DNA of 38,689 bases, taken from positions 32,264-70,952 of the forward strand of contig PAMC01000011.1 in assembly GCA_002710785.1 (NCBI GenBank). Reading direction: 5' to 3'. Origin of the DNA: a bacterium. GTDB lineage: Bacteria; Patescibacteriota; Minisyncoccia; Phycocordibacterales; UBA918. Positions 17,423-25,651 of the stretch are shown here, piece after piece. Positions within the stretch are counted from its first letter, which is position 1. Every line of letters begins with the position of its first letter. Position numbers and translations under genes: made by a program. The notes beneath the pieces are model-generated. The model did no database searches. It had not been told where the DNA came from and saw only the letters and a program-made list of their open reading frames with translations.

Positions 17423-18247
17423 ATGAGTATTCCATATATTGAACGAAATCCTACAAATGACGAGGTGCTGCAGATGCAGCTTGCTTTTAGTACTTTTTGT
17501 GACGGTTCTGGTCAAGAAAGAGATGGTAACGGTATGACTCGAGCAGGATGGAGGGATATCGAGAGGATTTTTGCTGAGATTTTAGGAGGTAAGGCCAACG
17601 AAAATAAACATATTTTCGATGTTCTTGTCCCAGATTCAGATAATGAAGATATCATTTACGGAATATCATTAAAATCAAAGCAAATATCTAGGGCATCTGC
17701 AATTGAAGACTTAGAGGAGGAAGGAAGGGTGCATATGGAAATAGCAAATTCTCCTGCTAAATTTTGGGCAGAACTGACAAAGGCTGGTATTTCAGAAAGT
17801 GACTTTAGAAGTAAAAATAAAGCATCAGAAATTGGTCAGATTTTACTTAAAACAATTGACTCGTGGCACCTGGAAGCAAAGACGGCTTTCGAAACACAAA
17901 ATCCTGACAAAAGGTTAGATTTAAATAAAAGTGTTTACATTACCGTATCTTATAGCCCTTTTAGAGATGGAATTGGTCGCTTATATCAAGCCCATTCTTT
18001 CCCACTAACCTTTCCAGAAAATATCAAATGGTCATATATTAGTGACAGATGTTTACGTGGAATGGATCCAACGGATGAAAACAAAACACTAATTGATTGG
18101 TATGGTTTATCAGGTGGGCAGTTCAAATATTATCCCAAGGCAAATACGGCAAATTATAAATCTGCAAGATTCTCCCTACTTGAACCTGAAATAATTTCGA
18201 TTGTTGAAAAAGCGAAGACTTACTGGCCTGAGAAATGGCCTGAATAA
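17423..18247 (+). CDS. putative type II restriction endonuclease (274 aa)
   Basis: Convergent with the C5-methyltransferase, with one base between the two stop codons. IFDVLVPD...YGISLKSK...IEDLEEE fits a PD...SxK...E variant of the PD-(D/E)xK core. The assignment rests on context and a weak motif only. Confidence 0.5.
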   Translation: MSIPYIERNPTNDEVLQMQLAFSTFCDGSGQERDGNGMTRAGWRDIERIFAEILGGKANENKHIFDVLVPDSDNEDIIYGISLKSKQISRASAIEDLEEEGRVHMEIANSPAKFWAELTKAGISESDFRSKNKASEIGQILLKTIDSWHLEAKTAFETQNPDKRLDLNKSVYITVSYSPFRDGIGRLYQAHSFPLTFPENIKWSYISDRCLRGMDPTDENKTLIDWYGLSGGQFKYYPKANTANYKSARFSLLEPEIISIVEKAKTYWPEKWPE

Positions 18248-18248
18248 A

Positions 18249-19346
18249 TTATGGTAATTTATTTTGTCTGATGTTTTTTGCGGTTACTAAAGGTGTTTTA
18301 GAGTTAATGCCATAGGTGTTAATGAGGTGAGAAAACATAACTTGTGCAAGCATGGGTGGTACCGCATTTCCAATTTGTGTAAATTTTTGTTCGGTATTGC
18401 CCTCAAAATGAAAATTGTCTGGAAAGGTCTGAATTCTAGCCGCCTCTCTCCACGATAGCCGTCGTGGCTTTTCAAGAATCTGTCTAGTGGAATCTTTTTC
18501 AAGATGTTCGTATTCATCACTGAAATCCCATCTTTGCTTCCAACCATTTTCCAGATCAGACCAAGTCAGTTTCATTTTTGGGCAAGCTGGATGCAATGTG
18601 ATGTGCCTCCAGTTAGCAACTACGGTGTAAGCTGGCTTGTCCCAGTCTGCTTTTCTGTTTCTTGACATGAAATACCATGAAAAATTACCTTCTTCGTTAG
18701 GTCTTTCGTAGAATTCTCCCTCAGGCCAGAGTGGTAGATCTTTTATCACTTCTCCATGTGATGTGTATGGTAATAAATTAGAGGTTTTTTTTGTAACCTT
18801 CCCATGGGTTTCTTCTGGAAAAACAAATTCGAAATCTAAATCTTTTCGAACCCCCACTAAAAAGATGCGTTTTCTCGATTGCGGAACACCATAATCCTGT
18901 GCATTAACTACTTTGTATGTGACGTTATAGCCAGACTTTCCACTTTTACCAAAAACTTTTAGCTGTTCTGATAGAAAGCTGCCATTTTTTATTTTTGAAA
19001 GCCCTGATACATTCTCTGCAATAAAAAAAAGGGGGTTTACTTGGTTCAACACTCGTGCAAATTGTAAGTATAAGAGTGTCCTAGGATCTTTTTTAGGATC
19101 TCTTTTTCCTCCCATTGAAAAGGATTGGCAGGGATAACCGCCAAAAACAATTTCAGCTTCTGGAAATGAATCGACATTATTTATATCATCAATAATTACC
19201 TCAGTGCCAGGAAAGTTTTTTGATAAAGCTTTGCCAATAACAGGATCTATTTCATTAGCATATACTATATCTACACCACTTTTGTGCGCTGCAATATCCA
19301 TTCCGCCAACACCTGAAAAAAGACTGATTCCTCTAAGTTTTTGCAT
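18249..19346 (-). CDS. DNA (cytosine-5)-methyltransferase
   Basis: Motif I FSGVGG, motif IV GGYPCQSFS, ENV, QSRKRIFLVG, RLSWREAARIQTFPD and GNAVPP, in canonical order. Confidence 0.92.
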   Translation of the reverse strand: MQKLRGISLFSGVGGMDIAAHKSGVDIVYANEIDPVIGKALSKNFPGTEVIIDDINNVDSFPEAEIVFGGYPCQSFSMGGKRDPKKDPRTLLYLQFARVLNQVNPLFFIAENVSGLSKIKNGSFLSEQLKVFGKSGKSGYNVTYKVVNAQDYGVPQSRKRIFLVGVRKDLDFEFVFPEETHGKVTKKTSNLLPYTSHGEVIKDLPLWPEGEFYERPNEEGNFSWYFMSRNRKADWDKPAYTVVANWRHITLHPACPKMKLTWSDLENGWKQRWDFSDEYEHLEKDSTRQILEKPRRLSWREAARIQTFPDNFHFEGNTEQKFTQIGNAVPPMLAQVMFSHLINTYGINSKTPLVTAKNIRQNKLP

Positions 19347-19365
19347 TGAGCTATTATATTACAGT

Positions 19366-20337
19366 TTATAGACAGATAAAAATTAGTCCCTTTTGAGGGA
19401 CTGTTTTCATAAACAGTACCCCGCGGTGAGCCAGCGTAACTTCGCCTGGCTTCGGGTACGTGCCACCACCCACCAAACTGGTGTGGCTTGCGGTGTGGTG
19501 CGGCGAACGAAACGGTGGTGTACGGGTAATGCACTCGTGGTCGATGCGTTCACCAGCAATGGAGTGAATACCAAGTACTTCTAACACGGCGTCAGTATCG
19601 AGTGGTGGCAAAATTGTTTGAAAGGCGCGCGCCAGCATCGTTTTGCCAGTGCCGGGCGGTCCAACCATAAGCACATTGTGCCCACCTGCTGCGGCAATAA
19701 TGAGACCCCGCTTCGCACTCTCCTGCCCGCGAATATCATCGAGATGCACCGCACCGTCATTCCAGCTGGAGGCTATTTCTGTAGCGGGAGCGGGAGTGAT
19801 GGTGACTGGTTGGGGGTGGTTTTGGTCGACGTGGGCGACAACTGCCGCTAAGTCTCTTGCGGGTGTTACCGTGATACCCGATACGAGCGCAGCCTCGACG
19901 GCATTGGCCTCGGGCACGATCACTTCGTCGACACCATGTTCCACCAGCGCTTGTACCGCTGGTAGTACTCCACGTACGGGTCGTATACTGCCATCGAGCC
20001 CTAGTTCGCCGATGTAGGCAGTCCCACCACTGCGCGGCGTAATGTCGCCGTTGGCCGTGAGGTACGCCATGGCAATTGGCAGGTCGTAGAGCGGCCCCTC
20101 TTTCTTGAGATCGGCTGGTGCGAGACTGATGACAATTTTTTGGTTGCTCTGTTTTGGCGACTGAAATCCCGAGTTTTTTATGGCAGCACTGACACGGTCT
20201 TTTGCTTCCTCGACCGCTTTGCCGGCCAAGCCAACAATGGTGAAGGCGTGTAGCCCTCGGCTTAAGTCGGCTTCAATGGTGACAACGCTGCCGGTTGGCA
20301 CCGTTGGTTGTGCGGTTATGGTGCGAGCCACGCTCAT
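19366..20337 (-). pseudogene. comM: comM/yifB 5' fragment (Lon-like N-domain plus Walker A) ending in a 13-aa element-derived tail
   Basis: MSVARTITAQP...LAPADLKKEGPLYDLPIA...MVGPPGTGKTMLA...AHRGVLFM, then KTVPQKGLIFICL* read from island DNA. The break coincides with CATAAAC at 19408-19414. Confidence 0.85.
19408..19414. repeat. right copy of the 7-bp junction core (att)
   Basis: CATAAAC, identical to 7313-7319. It is preceded by the hairpin AGTCCC-TTTTGA-GGGACT (19385-19402). Confidence 0.75.
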
Positions 20338-20394
20338 ACGTAGCAGTCTAGCATGCTCACTCGAAGATGAATGTTTCGTGTAATTTACAGCAAA

Positions 20395-20434
20395 AAAAGA
20401 ATCTTTGTATCATGCATGATACAAAGATTCTTTT
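20395..20434. terminator. 40-nt perfect palindrome, bidirectional terminator-like
   Basis: AAAAGAATCTTTGTATCATG|CATGATACAAAGATTCTTTT with an A-run before and a T-run after. It lies downstream of 20446..22002. Confidence 0.7.
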
Positions 20435-20445
20435 ATTAGCGTGAG

Positions 20446-22002
20446 CTATTTGCGGCGGTTAACCACTTCGCCGATGACGCGGCGGTCGGTGGCGATAAGG
20501 AGGGTGTTGCGATCAATAAAAGTGTAGAGGAGTTCGCTGCCGTCACCCCGGTTCGCAACGCGGATGTCGCGGTTGTTGCTCGCGGTGTCGGTAAACTGAC
20601 TAATTGGGCTGTCACCGAGGAGTGGGCCAAAGTCGCGTACGAGCCCTGACTCCCAGCGGTACATGCCGCCGAGCGCAGTTTCAAACGAGGTAAATTCGAT
20701 AATAATGCCAACGGCAGTTTGCTTAACCCCAATTATGGTGAGGCCGGTGATGTTGCGCTGGAAGGAGCCATCGGCACTGAGCGGCACGACGGTTAGAAAT
20801 TCGTCGATACTCGCCGGGCGGGTGGTGTCGCTTTCGGTGGCGACAATCGGGTACACCTGGGTGACGCCACCACCGGCTCCTGCGATAGCTTGGCGCAGAC
20901 TGGTGAGCAGCGCATCCCCGCTGCCCTGCATGGCCACTGCTTGGGTGCGATCGACTGTGATTGCGCTCGGTACCTCTGGAGCGAGTATGCGGTCCGGGGC
21001 GGAGAGGTACTGGAAGACCCACGTGCTCACCACAACACCAAGCGCGATTGCTGCAATTACCACTGCTGCTACCACCACCCACGAGCGCCAATCACGCGGT
21101 GGCGCTTCGACTGGAGTAGCGCGGTACCGGTACGCGGATGCGGTCTCCTCCTTGGCCTCAGCTTCAGGTGGTGTGGGCGGCGCGGTTGGTTTGGGTGTTG
21201 GTTTAGGTTCGGGAGCTGGTACGGGTATTGGCTCGGGCGTTGGTTCAGGCTTGGGAGTTGGCGTTGGTGCCGGCTCCACTACCGGTGGCACGTCTGCTAC
21301 CTCGGGCGTTGCAACTGGGGTTGGGGCCTCAGACTCGAGTACTGGCTCGGGCGGAGTGGCAACCGGGGATGTGCTGTGGGCCGTTGCTGGCGCGGGCGTT
21401 GGGGTTGGCTCTGTAGCACTCAAACTCGAGCTCCACTGCGGGGTTGGTAACTCCTCAGCCTTGGTGACCTGAAGCGCGTCAGCGGCCGACACCTTTGGAG
21501 CTGCTGCCACTCGTTCGGCAACCGTTTCATAATCGTCAGCTTGTGGTAAGGCGCTGGTGCCCACGGCGCTGCTAATGGTTTCGGCTCGCTTGCTCGGGTC
21601 TTCAATGGTGGGCTGTTCGGGTTCGGCGGTGAGTTCAGTCTTTTTATCCTTAAACCACGACCCCATCGACTGTCCGATCGCCGGAAACAGGCGAAATTTA
21701 TTCCGCTTCTTCTCGCTCACAATCTCACCCACCTCCAGGTCATCACCGGCGATGTCCTCATTCTCGGCAGCGTGCACTTCGGGCACGTCTACCTCCAGGT
21801 AGGTATCTTCGTCGCCACTCGGTGGAGTTACCGCCAGCTCAATGTTTTCTGGCGTTTCATCGGTTGGTGCTATTTTTGCCTGCTCAGTAGTTGGTTCATC
21901 GGGCGCCGCCTCACGTGGCGCGTCCGCCCGCGCTTGCGCTGCCGCAAAATCATCCGCAAAGGTACGGATAGTTGGCACGTTTTGTTCCGGTTTGGAAGCC
22001 AT
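20446..22002 (-). CDS. Pro/Thr/Glu-rich membrane protein (518 aa)
   Basis: Low-complexity PTPKPEPTPEPIPVPAPEPKPTPKP linker, one TM segment (WVVVAAVVIAAIALGVVVSTWVF) and a C-terminal globular domain. Family not recognised. Confidence 0.65.
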   Translation of the reverse strand: MASKPEQNVPTIRTFADDFAAAQARADAPREAAPDEPTTEQAKIAPTDETPENIELAVTPPSGDEDTYLEVDVPEVHAAENEDIAGDDLEVGEIVSEKKRNKFRLFPAIGQSMGSWFKDKKTELTAEPEQPTIEDPSKRAETISSAVGTSALPQADDYETVAERVAAAPKVSAADALQVTKAEELPTPQWSSSLSATEPTPTPAPATAHSTSPVATPPEPVLESEAPTPVATPEVADVPPVVEPAPTPTPKPEPTPEPIPVPAPEPKPTPKPTAPPTPPEAEAKEETASAYRYRATPVEAPPRDWRSWVVVAAVVIAAIALGVVVSTWVFQYLSAPDRILAPEVPSAITVDRTQAVAMQGSGDALLTSLRQAIAGAGGGVTQVYPIVATESDTTRPASIDEFLTVVPLSADGSFQRNITGLTIIGVKQTAVGIIIEFTSFETALGGMYRWESGLVRDFGPLLGDSPISQFTDTASNNRDIRVANRGDGSELLYTFIDRNTLLIATDRRVIGEVVNRRK

Positions 22003-22057
22003 ATCGTTAATACTAGCCTATTAGCTACGCGCGGCTGGCTGTTGTCGACAGGTTAGG

Positions 22058-24178
22058 CTACTCTTGTGGCGCTGCTCCGTTTCGCTTTGCCCACTCGCCG
22101 TCGCGCTGCTTAATGGAGAGGCCAATTTTGTCTCCCTCCACCTTACTCACCACTACCGGCACAACGTCGCCGACTGTAAGTACCGAAGCCGGGTCTTCGA
22201 TCCGAAACGGCGCAATCTCAGAGACATGGATGAGCCCTTCAGAGTGCTCGTCAATTCGAGCAAAGGCACCAAAGTTGGTGAGCGTGGTGACGGTCACCTC
22301 GAGCTCCTCACCCACCTCGTACACTTTGGTGAGAGCAGCGATTTTCTCTTGCGCGGCTTGGGCACTACCATTACGGCCGGTGATGTATACGGTGCCATCG
22401 TCCTCGATAGAAATTTCGTCTACCCCCGTGTCTTCTTTAATGCCGTTCACCGTTTTGCCACCACTACCGATGACGAGGCCAATTTGCTCAGGTTGGATTT
22501 GCAGGCTCACAATTTCTGGCGCGCGTGGCGAAATGGTGTCGCGTGGCGCAGCGATGGTCGCTTCCATGGTTTTTAAAATATGTAACCGCGCTTCGCGCGC
22601 CTTCTCGAGCGCTACCGCCAAAATATGTACGGGCACTGCATCCACCTTGACGTCCATTTGAATAGCAGTCACTCCTTCGGTGGTGCCAGCCACCTTAAAG
22701 TCCATATCGCCGTGCTCGTCTTCGGGACCCTGGATGTCGGTTAAGAGCACGAACTTCTCGCCGTCGATCATGACGCCTGAGGCAATACCAGCAACCGGCC
22801 GGGTAATAGGCACGCCGCCGTCCATGAGTGCAATACTCGAGCCACAGATCGATGCCATTGAGCTTGAGCCATTAGAGGAGAGCGTTTCAGACACCAGGCG
22901 GATGGTGTACGGGAAGTCGCTACCACTCGGGAGCACCGGTAAAAGTGCTTTCTCTGCGAGTGCCCCGTGTCCAATCATGCGGCGGTTAAAGCCACCCACC
23001 CGACCTGTCTCACCTACCGAAAACGGTGGGAAGTTGTAGTGGTGCATGTAGCGCTTGGCACCTTCTTGGGTTTCCATTGTATCGATACGTTGCGCCGCCT
23101 CTGGGCCGGCTAGCGTCAACGCGGTCAACACGTGGGTGTTGCCGCGGTAGAAGATGCCGGTGCCATGCAGTACCGGCGAGATGCCACCCGCTTGGGTAAA
23201 GAGCGGCCGCACTTCGTCGGGGTGTCGGCCGTCGGCGCGCTTCCCGTCGTGTACCACTCCCTGGTGCAGCATAATGTCGACCTGCTCCTCAAAGTAGTTA
23301 CTGAGCGAAAAGCGCTCGGGTACTTCGATGTCTTTGGTAGTCTCCAGCCACACTTCTTTAACCTCCTGGATGCGCCCCTTACCAGCCTGGCCAGAGAAGA
23401 TTGCTTGGTAGAGCTGCTCGCCAAACTCGCTAGCAAAGCGGTTGCTGATTGTCTCGGGTGTCTTGGGGCGGGTAATTTTTTGCTTTGCTTTACCGACCGC
23501 CGTCATAATCTCTTGCTGCCACGCTTCGAGTTGCTGGTGCACCTGGGTAGCAGCTTCGAGAATCGCAACGATGTCATCCTCGGGCACCTCGTAGGCCAAG
23601 GTCTCGATCATGTTGATGCCACCATCTTTCCCGCAGGCGAGCACCTCAAAGGTGAGGTTGCCGGTCTCGCGCTCGACGTAGGTTGGGTTAATAAGGACGT
23701 CGCCCGTCTCGCGTGAGAGACCAATGCGCACGGCGCCAATCGGGCCTCCCCACGGGATGTCTGAGATTGCCAACGCCACGCTGGTGCCGATGACAGCCAA
23801 AATATCTGGGTCGTCTTCGCCCATCGCGAGCACGGTGGCGACAATCTGCACGTCGCGACCGAGCTGGTGGTCAAACAGTGGCCGAATGGTGCGGTCGATA
23901 ATACGGGCGGAGAGTACCGCCTCCTCGCTCGGGCGACCCTCACGGCGCCCAAAGCGGCTACCAAGGATTTGTCCGGCTGCATAAAACTTCTCTTCAAACT
24001 CAACTGAGAGCGGGAAGTACGGCAGGTCGCTCTCACGCTCGCCCATGACGGCGGTCACCAAGACGGCAGTTTCCCCCATGCGCATCAGCACCGAGCCGTT
24101 GGCCTGGTTGGTGAGGTCGGTAATGTCGGCGGTAATAGTTTTACCGGCCACAGTCGTAGAAAAAGATTGCGTTTGCAT
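22058..24178 (-). CDS. pnp: polyribonucleotide nucleotidyltransferase (PNPase)
   Basis: Two RNase PH-like domains, then KH (GSGGKTVNGIKEDTG) and S1 (GAFARIDEHSEGLIHVSEI). Start ATG 24178 (MQTQSF) is preferred over the GTG extension at 24253. Confidence 0.92.
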   Translation of the reverse strand: MQTQSFSTTVAGKTITADITDLTNQANGSVLMRMGETAVLVTAVMGERESDLPYFPLSVEFEEKFYAAGQILGSRFGRREGRPSEEAVLSARIIDRTIRPLFDHQLGRDVQIVATVLAMGEDDPDILAVIGTSVALAISDIPWGGPIGAVRIGLSRETGDVLINPTYVERETGNLTFEVLACGKDGGINMIETLAYEVPEDDIVAILEAATQVHQQLEAWQQEIMTAVGKAKQKITRPKTPETISNRFASEFGEQLYQAIFSGQAGKGRIQEVKEVWLETTKDIEVPERFSLSNYFEEQVDIMLHQGVVHDGKRADGRHPDEVRPLFTQAGGISPVLHGTGIFYRGNTHVLTALTLAGPEAAQRIDTMETQEGAKRYMHHYNFPPFSVGETGRVGGFNRRMIGHGALAEKALLPVLPSGSDFPYTIRLVSETLSSNGSSSMASICGSSIALMDGGVPITRPVAGIASGVMIDGEKFVLLTDIQGPEDEHGDMDFKVAGTTEGVTAIQMDVKVDAVPVHILAVALEKAREARLHILKTMEATIAAPRDTISPRAPEIVSLQIQPEQIGLVIGSGGKTVNGIKEDTGVDEISIEDDGTVYITGRNGSAQAAQEKIAALTKVYEVGEELEVTVTTLTNFGAFARIDEHSEGLIHVSEIAPFRIEDPASVLTVGDVVPVVVSKVEGDKIGLSIKQRDGEWAKRNGAAPQE

Positions 24179-24294
24179 GTTCAACAACGTTAGTTGCTGC
24201 GCACACCTAAGATTTCGAGCGGATGACTGAAACCTCTGCGTGTGCGCAGCCACCTACTAATGTCTCCATCATACCGAGCAATCGACACTTCGCC

Positions 24295-24331
24295 AAAGGA
24301 AAAGGCCGGAGCGTAGCTCCGGCCTTTTCCT
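24295..24331 (-). terminator. Rho-independent terminator after the NYN gene
   Basis: AAAGGCCGGAGC-GTA-GCTCCGGCCTTT stem with T-rich flanks on both strands. Confidence 0.7.
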
Positions 24332-24332
24332 T

Positions 24333-24947
24333 TTACAGGTCGTCCGTATCTGACCCAACCGTTTTTATAGCGCGGGTGCGCGTGGTTTTCTTGGTAGTGC
24401 GTTTGGTCGTTTTGGTGCTGGCGGTTTTACGTACCACTCGACGGCGGCGGATTAAAAACGTCGCCGGATCGTCGTCCATGTCGATAAAATCATCGACCGC
24501 GGCGCGTAAGCCGCTACTGGCGCTCCGCCCGAAGGTAATCGCTTCGACCTGGCAACCAAACGACTTGAGGTACTCCACCGCCGGAATAAAGTCGCCGTCG
24601 CCGGTGGCGAAGACAATAGCGTCTACCTTCGGCGCCATCTTGATGGCATCAACTGCCATGCCGACGTCCCAGTCGGCTTTCTTGGCTCCGCCGTAAAAGA
24701 TTTGTAGATCTTTGGTTTTAATTTCGATGCCGAGTTTCTCGAGCGCTTCAAAAAAGGCGCTCTCCTCCCCACTCTCGGTGTTTACCACGTACGAGACCGC
24801 GCGAATGAGTTGGCGGCCAGCGACTGCTTTCTCGACGACGGCACCGAAGTTAACGCGAGCTTTGTGGAGATTTTTTGCGCTGTGATAGAGGTTTTGGGTA
24901 TCGATAATAACGGCAACCCGTTGGGATGGGTGTTTAACTACACTCAT
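24333..24947 (-). CDS. NYN/LabA-like (PIN-fold) domain protein with a basic C-terminal tail
   Basis: VAVIIDTQNLYHSAK...DWDVGMAVDA...ATGDGDFIPAVEYL matches the NYN (LabA/DUF88) pattern. The tail is RRRRVVRKTASTKTTKRTTKKTTRTR. Confidence 0.75.
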   Translation of the reverse strand: MSVVKHPSQRVAVIIDTQNLYHSAKNLHKARVNFGAVVEKAVAGRQLIRAVSYVVNTESGEESAFFEALEKLGIEIKTKDLQIFYGGAKKADWDVGMAVDAIKMAPKVDAIVFATGDGDFIPAVEYLKSFGCQVEAITFGRSASSGLRAAVDDFIDMDDDPATFLIRRRRVVRKTASTKTTKRTTKKTTRTRAIKTVGSDTDDL

Positions 24948-25013
24948 GAAAAATTGTTAGGTTTCTAATCCTTCGCGCGATTCAATATGAAAATGCTGTG
25001 CGCGTGCTTCTAT

Positions 25014-25052
25014 GATACCACCCCGCGACAAATTTTGCCGCGGGGTGGTATC
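25014..25052. other. 14-bp perfect GC-rich hairpin in the rpsO-NYN intergenic region
   Basis: GATACCACCCCGCG, 11-nt loop, CGCGGGGTGGTATC. No U-run on either strand. Confidence 0.5.
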
Positions 25053-25106
25053 GGTACTCTCGAGTTTTCTAAAGATAGAAAATTGCTGCGGCTGCAAGGC
25101 AGACCA

Positions 25107-25154
25107 GGAAAATATTTCAAGGTGAACTGTGACGTTCAGTGAGAAATATTTTCC
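25107..25154. other. long hairpin about 30 nt downstream of rpsO
   Basis: GGAAAATATTTC ... GAAATATTTTCC (12-bp arms) enclosing an inner TGAAC/GTTCA stem. Confidence 0.5.
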
Positions 25155-25183
25155 GCCAGTCTAACAAAGCAGACGTAGTGATT

Positions 25184-25450
25184 TTATTTCTTTAGACCGA
25201 GTTTTGTGATAAGCGCCTGGTACGCTGACTCGTCTTTACGAGCGAGGTACTTTAGGTGCTTGCGACGGTCTGCCACCATTTGGAGGAGACCACGGCGAGA
25301 GTGAAAGTCTTTCGCGTTTTTCTTCAGGTGCGCTGAGAGCTCGTTGATTTGCTTGGTGAGCAGTGCCACCTGCGCCTCTGGTGAGCCTGTGTCAGAATCG
25401 TGACGGCGCGCGTCCTTCATCGCATTTGCTTTCTTTCGTTTTGATAGCAT
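25184..25450 (-). CDS. rpsO: 30S ribosomal protein S15
   Basis: HDSDTGSPEAQVALLTKQINELSAHLKKNAKDFHSRRGLLQMV is the S15 signature. ATG 25450 gives the usual length of about 88 aa. Confidence 0.92.
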   Translation of the reverse strand: MLSKRKKANAMKDARRHDSDTGSPEAQVALLTKQINELSAHLKKNAKDFHSRRGLLQMVADRRKHLKYLARKDESAYQALITKLGLKK

Positions 25451-25651
25451 AAATACTAAGCAAGTGATGGTGCCAAGCACGTAGATACACAGCCGAAACT
25501 GTCGCGCCTACCACCGCAATAACCCGCGAAGGTTCGCACACTATAGCATAATTGTGAGATTTTTCAAGTTCTGCGATAGAGTGCTGCCTTTGTCAAAGCA
25601 CCGCCGGGGGCCAAAGGCTCCCGGCGGTGCTTCTTAAGCTCCAGTGTCTCA

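Larger units (their letters stand above)
7313..19414. mobile_element. about 12.1-kb AT-rich integrative element inserted in comM (serine-recombinase type, no phage structural genes)
   Basis: Bounded by CATAAAC direct repeats exactly at the comM break. Base composition drops sharply relative to the flanks. Encodes a large serine recombinase, a PrimPol-helicase, an R-M pair and cargo genes. Confidence 0.85.

Noticed and set aside
17223-17435. 70-aa minus-strand ORF.
   Set aside because: It lies in the AT-rich divergent promoter region, overlaps the start of 17423..18247, and has no supporting features.
7313-19414. Island as a prophage, ICE or transposon.
   Set aside because: There are no capsid, terminase, portal, tail or lysis genes, no relaxase/T4SS genes, no DDE/Tn7-type transposase and no terminal inverted repeats. 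A serine recombinase plus a 7-bp core fits an integrative, possibly replicative, element instead.
21100-21420. Apparent repetitive DNA (GGTTxGGxxCGG-like periodicity).
   Set aside because: It is the coding sequence of a Pro/Thr/Glu/Lys-rich linker (PTPKPEPTPEP...). It has no regular unit length or spacers, so it is neither a CRISPR array nor a tandem-repeat array.
20663-21472. Long plus-strand ORFs (269 aa, 186 aa) antisense to the Pro-rich gene. There are similar antisense ORFs inside pnp (22064..23716), uvrD, the M23 gene and the SurA-like gene.
   Set aside because: They are low-complexity Gly/Ser/Ala/Arg-rich translations with no motifs, each fully contained in a well-supported gene on the other strand.
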